DNA of 24,000 bases from Chelatococcus sp. YT9 (lineage in GTDB: Bacteria > Pseudomonadota > Alphaproteobacteria > Rhizobiales > Beijerinckiaceae), in NCBI RefSeq assembly GCF_018398315.1, contig NZ_JAHBRW010000002.1, positions 22,637 to 46,636 on the forward strand. The letters are read 5' to 3'. Below the pieces are notes generated by a model that did not search any database, had not been told where the DNA came from, and saw only the letters and a list, made by a program, of their open reading frames with translations. Position 1 is the stretch's first letter; each line of letters starts with the position of its first letter. A program made the translations under genes and the position numbers. Of the stretch, positions 17,277 through 24,000 are shown piece by piece.

Positions 17277-17463
17277 CGGGACGGCCGCTGAACGGCGCTG
17301 GATGATGAGCGCCATGGACTGTGAAATACGAAGAATGATACTTACATGATTAAAGCCGTCGATTTAGTATACAATCACTGTCACGTGCTCACCGATGGTC
17401 GGATGGGAGCACTGCCCGGCGGTTTCCGACGCGGCGTGGAGTGGGATAGAAGAGGAAACCGAG

Positions 17464-18279
17464 ATGCGTTCCGCTCGTCAGAACATCGCTCTGGCCGATC
17501 CGATTTGGCTCACGATCCAGGCCGAAGCACGCGAGGGCGTCGCGCATGAGCCAGAACTGGCGAGCTTGCTGTATGCGGGCATTCTCCATCACAGCAGCCT
17601 GGAGGGAGCCGTCGCGGCGCGTGTTGCCAACCGCATAGCCCATGATTTCTTGCCGCCCGATCTGATCAATGCCGCTTTCTCGCAGGCCCTCCGCGCTGAT
17701 CGCAACATGCGGCAGGCCATCAGGGCGGATTTGGCAGCCGTTCTCGATAGGGATCCGGCCACGACGCGCTACCTTGAGCCGTTGCTGCATTTCAAGGGCT
17801 TCCATGCCCTGCAGGCCCATCGCCTCTCCCACTGGCTCTGGCGCGAGGGGCGCAAGGATCTCTCTCTCGCGATCCAGAGCGCGGCCGCCGAGGCGCTGCA
17901 GGTCGACATTCATCCAGCTGTGAAGATTGGCCTCGGAATCTTCTTCGATCACGCGACCGGTATTGTCATCGGAGAAACCAGCGAGATCGAGGATGATGTG
18001 TCGCTGCTGCAGGGCGTCACGCTGGGCGGCACGGGTAGCCGGAACTGCAAGAGGCATCCGAAGTTGCGCTCGGGCGTTCTCGTCGGCGCTGGCGCGATCC
18101 TGCTCGGTGACATCGAGATCGGCCATGGCGCGCGGGTGGGAGCGGGGTCGGTCGTGCTGCATTCCGTGCCGCCCTATACGACCGTTGCCGGCGTTCCCGC
18201 GGTCAAGGTCGGCATGGTCGATCGCACGATCGAACCGGCCAAAAGCATGGATCAGATGTTCTATGACGTGGGGCTGTGA
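17464..18279 (+). CDS. cysE: serine O-acetyltransferase
   Basis: SATase N-terminal helical region (IWLTIQAEAREGVAHEPELASLLY...) plus hexapeptide left-handed beta-helix (GIFFDHATGIVIGETSEIEDDVSLLQGVTLGGTG...GAGAILLGDIEIGHGARVGAGSVV). ATG 17464 has GAGGA 7 nt upstream. The track start at 17395 adds 23 non-conserved aa. Confidence 0.9.
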   Translation: MRSARQNIALADPIWLTIQAEAREGVAHEPELASLLYAGILHHSSLEGAVAARVANRIAHDFLPPDLINAAFSQALRADRNMRQAIRADLAAVLDRDPATTRYLEPLLHFKGFHALQAHRLSHWLWREGRKDLSLAIQSAAAEALQVDIHPAVKIGLGIFFDHATGIVIGETSEIEDDVSLLQGVTLGGTGSRNCKRHPKLRSGVLVGAGAILLGDIEIGHGARVGAGSVVLHSVPPYTTVAGVPAVKVGMVDRTIEPAKSMDQMFYDVGL

Positions 18280-18393
18280 CGGCAGCATCGCTGCCATTCT
18301 GAAAAGCAGCGCATCCGCGACACCGTTCCTCTACCGGGCCGGGAACAGCGCGGCATCCGACGTGCGCAGGCCTGAGGGACAGGAGGCAAGCCA

Positions 18394-18840
18394 GTGCTGA
18401 CCAAGAAAGGCAAGTATGGCCTGAAGGCGATCGTATTTCTTGCCAGCCTGAAGCCTGGTCAATCTGTCCAGGTCGCCGAGATCGCCGAAGCCAACAACAT
18501 TCCGAAGAAGTTTCTGGATGCGATCCTCGGCGAACTCCGCAACGCCCGTTTTCTCAACAGTCGAAAAGGCAAAGGCGGCGGCTATATGCTGGCCCGACCG
18601 GCCGAGGAGATCATCATAGGCGATGTCGTTCGCGTTTTAGACGGTCCACTCGCGCCGATCCAATGCGCCAGTCGCACCGCCTATCGGCGATGCGATGACT
18701 GCGATGAGACCCGCTGTGAAATACGCCTGATGATGCTGGAGGTCCGCGAAGCCATCGCGAACGTGTTGGACAATCGCACCCTCGCTGACATGCGCGAATT
18801 GACGGATGATGCGATGGCGTCCTTCATCTATCACATTTGA
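18394..18840 (+). CDS. Rrf2 family transcriptional regulator with C-x8-C-x2-C-x4-C motif
   Basis: 148 aa. N-terminal Rrf2 wHTH (LTKKGKYGLKAIVFLA...VQVAEIAEANNIPKKFLDAILGELRNARFLNSRKGKGGGYMLARP). GTG start with AGGAGG 7 nt upstream. Confidence 0.85.
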   Translation: MLTKKGKYGLKAIVFLASLKPGQSVQVAEIAEANNIPKKFLDAILGELRNARFLNSRKGKGGGYMLARPAEEIIIGDVVRVLDGPLAPIQCASRTAYRRCDDCDETRCEIRLMMLEVREAIANVLDNRTLADMRELTDDAMASFIYHI

Positions 18841-18841
18841 G

Positions 18842-18870
18842 GCTCCGCCGGAGCTCCCCGCGCCGGGGGA
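18842..18870. terminator. two adjacent GC-rich hairpins between convergent genes (candidate bidirectional terminator)
   Basis: GCTCC-gcc-GGAGC (18842-18854), then TCCCCG-cgc-CGGGGGA (18855-18870). Fills the 36-nt gap between the Rrf2 stop and the 3-hydroxyacyl-CoA dehydrogenase stop. No clear U-tract. Confidence 0.3.
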
Positions 18871-18876
18871 AGCGCT

Positions 18877-19866
18877 CTATTCACCGAGAACCGGCGGGCG
18901 CTTCAGCCCATACTGGTCGAGCATGGCCGCGAAGGCTTTCAGCCTGTTACGACGATAGGCATCGAGATCAAGATTGTCGTAGTCCAGGAAACCCTTGCCG
19001 GTCTTGAGCCCGATGCGGCCTTCGCGCATGTTGCGCTCGACGATGGCCGGTGGCGCATGGCGCGGATCATCGAGCGCTTTCGCCAAGTAATGGCTGGCAT
19101 AGTAAAGAATATCGCCGCCGCCCCAGTCGATGAATTCAAGCAATCCAAGTACCGCGAAGCGGAAGCCGAAGCCGTATTTGATGGCCTTGTCGAGTTCTTC
19201 CGCTGTGGCCACCCCTTCTTCGACCATGCGCGCGGCCTCATTCATGGCGAGCGCCTGAATACGCGGCACGATATAACCCGGGCTTGGCGCGCAGGTCACA
19301 GGTACCTTGCCGACTGCCTCCAGCAATGCCCTGAGCCGCGCTGTCACCCCCGGATCCGTCGCCTTGCCGGGCGACAGTTCGACGAGCGGCACGAGATAAG
19401 CGGGATTGAGCCAATGGGCATTAAGGAAGCGCTCTGGATGCTCCACCGCGCCGGAGAGATCATCGACCAGGATGGTTGATGTGGTCGAGGCTATGATGGG
19501 TTCCGGGCCGGCCAGCCGCGAGGCCCTGGCGAGTGCCTCGCGCTTGAGATCGAGCACCTCCGGCACGCCCTCGAAGATGACCGTGGCGGAAGACAAGGCC
19601 GTTTCCGCCTCAGCATCCGGCACGACCGAAACCCTTGCCGCGATCCGCTCGACGGCGGCGCTGTCGAACATCCCGAGTTCCGCCAGCATGCCGAGCGTGC
19701 CGCGCACCTCGCCTAGCGCCTCAGTGGCCAGGCGCGCGAAATCGTCCGCCGGGCGGGGCTTGAGATCGACGATGGCGACGGCATGGCCGGCATAGGCGAA
19801 GACCGCGGCGATGCCGCGCCCCATGCGGCCCGCCCCGAGGCAGGCGATACGTTCCCGCCCGCTCAT
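18877..19866 (-). CDS. 3-hydroxyacyl-CoA dehydrogenase family protein (NAD-binding)
   Basis: 329 aa. N-terminal Rossmann IACLGAGRMGRGIAAVFAYAGHAVAIVDLK and C-terminal domain motifs (NRLL-like region, LKTGKGFLDYD). ATGA overlap with the upstream gene stop (19863-19866). Confidence 0.85.
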   Translation of the reverse strand: MSGRERIACLGAGRMGRGIAAVFAYAGHAVAIVDLKPRPADDFARLATEALGEVRGTLGMLAELGMFDSAAVERIAARVSVVPDAEAETALSSATVIFEGVPEVLDLKREALARASRLAGPEPIIASTTSTILVDDLSGAVEHPERFLNAHWLNPAYLVPLVELSPGKATDPGVTARLRALLEAVGKVPVTCAPSPGYIVPRIQALAMNEAARMVEEGVATAEELDKAIKYGFGFRFAVLGLLEFIDWGGGDILYYASHYLAKALDDPRHAPPAIVERNMREGRIGLKTGKGFLDYDNLDLDAYRRNRLKAFAAMLDQYGLKRPPVLGE

Positions 19867-20954
19867 TGGAAGCCGTCCCGCAAAAGGGCCTGCAACGACG
19901 CGCGGTCATAATCGCCGAAACCCACGCTGCGCAATGTGCGGCCGGTCTCCATGAAATCCTCGCCGCAGACCGCCCCGCCGATCGCCGCGAAAGCCTGCAT
20001 CAGGGGCGTCGCGACGCCGGCGAGCGCCGCGACCGAGCGAAAGAAGGACAGGCCGATGCGCGTATCCTCGACCATGTAGCGATGTTCCGTGAGGATGATG
20101 TTTTCGCGCCAATCGCCGGAATCGGTGAGCCGGTCATGGGAGCCGCGCCCGTACATCCATTCCTCGCCCTCGCGGGCGTAGTGATGGGCGAGCGGGAAAT
20201 GCGGCCCGCCGTAGCCCAGGGCCTCGCGGATGGCGATGCGCTCCGCATCGAGCGCATCGGTGACGCGGCGGATTGCCGGCTGCGTGCCTTCCTTATGAAT
20301 ATCCCAGCTTGGAAAATGCTCCAGCGGCCCCGCGTTCATGGTGATGAGCGGCGGGTGGATGATCGGTCCTGCATTCATCAGCGCGCCGGAGAGGGCATCG
20401 CCGCAGTCCTCGATCACGCCGGGGAACGCCTGCCCAATGACGTGGAGGGCATGAGCTTTCCGCGTCAATGGGAAGACGCCTGTCGGCAGCCGCTTCGCGC
20501 GCACCGTGATCGCCACCTCGAAGGGGCCGTGCTTGCGCGTCAGCCACGGCAGCGTGCCGGTCTCGGCGAAGGCCACATCGGCCCGATTGCCGGCATCATG
20601 GGCGGCCTTGGCGAAGATCATCGAGCCGAACGTGCCGGGCGGCAGGAACACGACCTGGCCCTCGGCGAGATGCGGCGCAAGCCGGCGGGCGATATCGGGC
20701 TGGGCGGTCGCGGGCGCCGGGCAGACGATGAGCTCGGCCCCTTCAACGGCCGCCGCGATATCATCCGTGACGAGGCCGATCGGCGCTTCGTGGCGACCTG
20801 CGAAATCCTTGATGGCGATGACGCGGCCGGCCGCGTTATGCGCCTTCACGGCCTCTCCGTCGCGCCGCCAAAGCCGGACATCATGGCCCGCGAGCGCGAA
20901 ATCCCCGGCTGCCGCGAACGAGCCGTTGCCTCCGCCAAGAACGGCAATCTTCAT
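19863..20954 (-). CDS. NAD/NADP octopine/nopaline (opine) dehydrogenase family protein
   Basis: 363 aa. N-terminal KIAVLGGGNGSFAAAGDFALAGHDVRLW (GpsA/opine-DH type Rossmann) and a C-terminal region with NAGPIIHPPLITMNAGPLE, as I recall for Octopine_DH domains. GGGAGA lies 6 nt upstream of the ATG. Confidence 0.7.
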   Translation of the reverse strand: MKIAVLGGGNGSFAAAGDFALAGHDVRLWRRDGEAVKAHNAAGRVIAIKDFAGRHEAPIGLVTDDIAAAVEGAELIVCPAPATAQPDIARRLAPHLAEGQVVFLPPGTFGSMIFAKAAHDAGNRADVAFAETGTLPWLTRKHGPFEVAITVRAKRLPTGVFPLTRKAHALHVIGQAFPGVIEDCGDALSGALMNAGPIIHPPLITMNAGPLEHFPSWDIHKEGTQPAIRRVTDALDAERIAIREALGYGGPHFPLAHHYAREGEEWMYGRGSHDRLTDSGDWRENIILTEHRYMVEDTRIGLSFFRSVAALAGVATPLMQAFAAIGGAVCGEDFMETGRTLRSVGFGDYDRASLQALLRDGFQ

Positions 20955-20967
20955 CAGGGATCTCCCA

Positions 20968-22473
20968 TCACGCTAATTGTTGTTTGAGAACGAAATGCTG
21001 AACCTTGCCCATGGCATTGCGCGGTAGGCTCTCGACGAAGACGACCTCGCGCGGCACCTTGAAGCGGGCCAGATTATCGCGGGCATGGGCGATGAGCGCA
21101 TCGGCTTCGACAGCGCAGTCGCGGCGGATGACTACATAGGCGACAGGCACTTCCTGCCACCTCGGGTCGGGCCGGCCGATCACCGCGACTTCCGCGACTG
21201 CCGCATGTTCACCGAGAACGCGCTCCAATTCGGCCGGATAGATGTTCTCGCCACCCGAAATGATGACGTTCTTCTTGCGGTCATGGATGTGGAAATAGCC
21301 GTCCGCATCGCGCGTGCCGATGTCGCCGGTGTAATACCAGCCATTCTTCAGGGCCTCAGCCGTGGCGGCCTCGTTCCCCCAGTACTCGAAGAAGACGCTC
21401 GGTCCGCGCACGACGACCTCGCCGGCGGTGCCGTAGGGCACCTCCTCTCCTCTCTCGTTGACGATGCGCGCCTCGCAATGGAGGCCCGGCAGGCCGGTTG
21501 AGGTGCCCCGCGCCTCGCCGCCGAGACGCGTGTAGACGGCGATCGGGCAGGTCTCGGTGGAACCATAGACCTGCAGCACAGGGATGCCGCGCGCGGCGAC
21601 CGCGTCGATCAGGGGCTGAGGCACATTGACGGAGCCTGTGGACAGCGCCCGCAGGCTGGAAAGATCCGTCGTCCCCCAATCGGGATGTTCGACGACTGCC
21701 TGGATGGTGGTGGGTACGAGCACCGTATGGGTCGGCCGGTCCGTAGCGATCGCCGCGAGCGTCGCGTCCGGGGCGAACCGCCGGTGGACAGTGACGGTCG
21801 CGCCCAGCTGCAGCGCCGGTGTCGTCTGGATGTTCAAGCCGCCCACGTGGAAGAACGGCAGGACAGTCAGAATATGGTCGTCGCTCGTCAGACCATGCAT
21901 GTGCTGGCTCATGGCGGCGTTCCAGACCAGAGCCTCCTGCCGCAGCACCGCGCCCTTGGGCCGCCCTGTCGTACCCGACGTGTAGACGATCAGCAGCGGA
22001 CAGGAAAAATCGATATGGGGACTGCGCCCGTCGCCCATGCCCACTGCCAGGAGATCATCGAAGGAGATCGCATCCGGTGGGGCGAATTCCAGGCCGACGA
22101 CGCGCGTCTCCGGCGCGGCCTCGGCCAGCGGCGCGACCACGGCGGCATAGCTCTCCTCGACAAACAGCGCCTTCACCGAGGCATCGGTGAGGATGAAGAG
22201 CTGCTCCGGCAGGGCGAGCCGCCAGTTGATCGGCACCAGCATGGCGCCGAGCCGCGCGCAGGCGTAGAGCAGCACGAGATAGTCGGGATGGTTGGCGGCG
22301 AGGATCGCCACCCGGTCGCCGCGCCCCACACCGAGATGCGACTTCAGGGCGCGCGCCGTCGCGGCGATGCGCTGCGACAGATCACGATAGGTGAACGTCG
22401 CGCCCTCGAAGCGGATCGCCGCCTTATCCGGCGTGAAGGCCGCGTTGCGGTCGATGAGATCGGACAGATCCAT
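20968..22473 (-). CDS. AMP-dependent acyl-CoA synthetase/ligase (ANL superfamily)
   Basis: 501 aa. A3 motif YTSGTTGRPKGA, YGSTE, GDIGTRDADGYFHIHDRKKNVIISGGENIYPAELE, C-terminal PRNAMGKV. Confidence 0.9.
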   Translation of the reverse strand: MDLSDLIDRNAAFTPDKAAIRFEGATFTYRDLSQRIAATARALKSHLGVGRGDRVAILAANHPDYLVLLYACARLGAMLVPINWRLALPEQLFILTDASVKALFVEESYAAVVAPLAEAAPETRVVGLEFAPPDAISFDDLLAVGMGDGRSPHIDFSCPLLIVYTSGTTGRPKGAVLRQEALVWNAAMSQHMHGLTSDDHILTVLPFFHVGGLNIQTTPALQLGATVTVHRRFAPDATLAAIATDRPTHTVLVPTTIQAVVEHPDWGTTDLSSLRALSTGSVNVPQPLIDAVAARGIPVLQVYGSTETCPIAVYTRLGGEARGTSTGLPGLHCEARIVNERGEEVPYGTAGEVVVRGPSVFFEYWGNEAATAEALKNGWYYTGDIGTRDADGYFHIHDRKKNVIISGGENIYPAELERVLGEHAAVAEVAVIGRPDPRWQEVPVAYVVIRRDCAVEADALIAHARDNLARFKVPREVVFVESLPRNAMGKVQHFVLKQQLA

Positions 22474-22481
22474 ACGCGTTC

Positions 22482-23759
22482 TCAGTCGTCCTTTTCGCCG
22501 GGCTCGTAGAGCGCCTCGCGACCGATGCGATCGACGCAGATTTCGGCGGTCCAGGGCAGCATCAGCGCGCCGCAGCGGCTGTCGCGGTAGATCCGCTCCA
22601 GGGGCAGACTCTTCAGCATGGCCTGCCCACCGCAGGTGCGGATCGCCTTCACGGCGATCGCATTGGCGTTCTCCATCACGCTGTGCTGAGCCGCGTAGGC
22701 ACGCAGAACCTGCTCGCGGCTCGGATTGGCGCGCGCCTCGGTAATGGCCTGGAACCAGAGCGTCTTGGTCTGCTCCAGCATGATGCGCATCTCGGCCACG
22801 GCGATCTGCTTGGTCGGGAACATGCGCCGCTTCACCGGCGGCATGCCGGGCAGTTCGCCGCGCAGATAGGCCACCGTGAAATCATAGGCCGCCTGCGCCA
22901 GCCCCATATAGGTCGGCGACAGCGTCAGGAACATATGTGGCCAGCGGGTCGCCGCCTGGAAATAGACCCCATGCGGCATGAGCATCGCGTCCTCAGGCAC
23001 GAAGACGTCCTTGAAGAGGAGCGTGCGCGAGACGGTGCCCCGCATGCCGAGCGGGTCCCAATCGCCGACCACGGAGACGCCTTCGGCATTGGCCGGCAGG
23101 GCAAGGTAAAGCGTGTTGCGCCGGCTCGCCGCCTCGCCTTCGGCGCGCTCCGTGCACAGCACGCCATAGTAGTCGGCGGCGCCGGAGAGGGACGCGAAGA
23201 TCTTCTTGCCGTTGACGATGAAGCCACCCTCAACCGGCTTTGCCTCCGTGCCGAAGGCTATGGCGCCGGCCGCCGCCGCGCCGCCTTCGGAGAAGGGCTG
23301 GGCGTAGACAGCGCCCTCATTCACGATGCGCTGATAATGCACGCTGCGGCGCGCCCGATGGGCGGCGCGATCCGCGGGCGTCATCTCGAGTTCGTCGGCC
23401 AGGGGGCCGGACCACAGCGTCGAGCAGACATGCATGTTCCAGGAGAGCGCCGTCGCCCCGCAGTAGCGGCCGAGTTCGGCGGCGGCGAGGCAATAGGTCT
23501 GGAAGTCCGCACCGAGCCCGCCTTCATCCTTCGGGATGCAGAGCCTGAGCAGGCCCTCGCCGTGCATGTCCCGGAAATTCTCGATGGGGAAAGTAGCTTC
23601 CCGGTCGTGGATGGCGGCGCGCGGCGCCACCACTTTCCTCCCGAAGGCGCGGACCTTGGCAGTCAGTTCGGCCTGCTCATCGCTGAGCCGAAAGGCCTCG
23701 GGCGCGAACAGCGGCGCATCGACAGGCGCGCTGTCGAGATCGGTAGGTTGGGCGCTCAT
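22482..23759 (-). CDS. acyl-CoA dehydrogenase-fold flavoprotein
   Basis: 425 aa from ATG 23759 (GAGGGG 9 nt upstream; the track ORF extends to 23861). ACAD-like blocks PFSEGG...FIVNGKKIFASL, DPLGMRGTVSRTLLFKDVFVP, IYRDSR. Separated by 8 nt from the ligase start. Confidence 0.8.
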   Translation of the reverse strand: MSAQPTDLDSAPVDAPLFAPEAFRLSDEQAELTAKVRAFGRKVVAPRAAIHDREATFPIENFRDMHGEGLLRLCIPKDEGGLGADFQTYCLAAAELGRYCGATALSWNMHVCSTLWSGPLADELEMTPADRAAHRARRSVHYQRIVNEGAVYAQPFSEGGAAAAGAIAFGTEAKPVEGGFIVNGKKIFASLSGAADYYGVLCTERAEGEAASRRNTLYLALPANAEGVSVVGDWDPLGMRGTVSRTLLFKDVFVPEDAMLMPHGVYFQAATRWPHMFLTLSPTYMGLAQAAYDFTVAYLRGELPGMPPVKRRMFPTKQIAVAEMRIMLEQTKTLWFQAITEARANPSREQVLRAYAAQHSVMENANAIAVKAIRTCGGQAMLKSLPLERIYRDSRCGALMLPWTAEICVDRIGREALYEPGEKDD

Positions 23760-23772
23760 TGGATCGTTCCCC

Positions 23773-24000
23773 TCATGCGCTCGGGTCGAGTTCTGCCAGA
23801 AAATCGAGAATGGCGGCGTTGAAGCTGACGGGCGCCTCGCAGTTCGGCAGATGGCCGACATCGGGCAGCAGCCGATAGCGCGCGCCGGGAATGCGTGACG
23901 CCATGCGCTCCATCATCGGCGCGGGTGCGTTGCGGTCATGCGCGCCGGCAAGGCACAGCACCGGCACACGGATGGCGCCGAGGCTGGCGCGCTCGTCGAA
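23773..24000 (-). CDS. alpha/beta hydrolase fold protein, C-terminal part (5' end outside the window)
   Basis: The frame stays open to the window edge: ...FDERASLGAIRVPVLCLAGAHDRNAP...LPDVGHLPNCEAPVSFNAAILDFL. The strand-Asp region and catalytic-His context (GH followed by a hydrophobic stretch) are typical of the family. Confidence 0.6.
   Translation of the reverse strand, partial: FDERASLGAIRVPVLCLAGAHDRNAPAPMMERMASRIPGARYRLLPDVGHLPNCEAPVSFNAAILDFLAELDPSA

Noticed and set aside
17389-18297. 302-aa minus-strand ORF covering all of cysE
   Set aside because: The plus strand encodes an unmistakable serine acetyltransferase with hexapeptide repeats. The minus translation has no motifs.
19866-20987. 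373-aa plus-strand ORF (also 21685..22509 and 22683..23822, 379 aa) opposite the opine-DH, ligase and ACAD genes
   Set aside because: Shadow ORFs with Arg/Gly/Asp/His-rich composition and no recognisable domains, antisense to genes with strong motifs.
1-24000. Search for CRISPR repeats, tRNA/rRNA, IS inverted repeats, integrase/transposase, toxin-antitoxin or known defence-system genes
   Set aside because: I saw no periodic direct repeats, no cloverleaf-like GC-rich 70-90 nt islands in the intergenic regions, and no ORFs with recombinase, nuclease, ATPase-defence or TA-type motifs. The window appears purely metabolic and regulatory.

Overview
High-GC, densely coding, almost entirely metabolic segment. 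The gene content, especially a bioBFDAZ operon with BioR-type boxes, points to an alphaproteobacterium of the Rhizobiales/Hyphomicrobiales type (inference). Left to right: (1) a minus-strand cluster of SDR, hydantoinase/oxoprolinase A and B subunits and a small 2Fe-2S protein, with a divergent IclR regulator; (2) a ~560 bp AT-richer non-coding region carrying BioR-like boxes; (3) a translationally coupled bioB-bioF-bioD-bioA-bioZ operon; (4) a ~460 bp spacer without convincing coding potential; (5) a NitT/TauT-type ABC importer (binding protein, ATPase, two permeases); (6) a MarR regulator divergent from a NicX-like (2,5-dihydroxypyridine dioxygenase family) gene; (7) cysE followed by an Rrf2 regulator with an unusual four-Cys motif; (8) a tight minus-strand operon of alpha/beta hydrolase (partial), acyl-CoA dehydrogenase-fold protein, acyl-CoA ligase, opine-dehydrogenase-family protein and 3-hydroxyacyl-CoA dehydrogenase. 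I found no rRNA, tRNA, CRISPR array, transposase, integrase or recognisable defence or toxin system. The most interesting items are uncharacterised catabolic gene combinations and candidate cis-regulatory elements. All functional calls rest on motif and family recognition by eye from the translations; no database search was possible.
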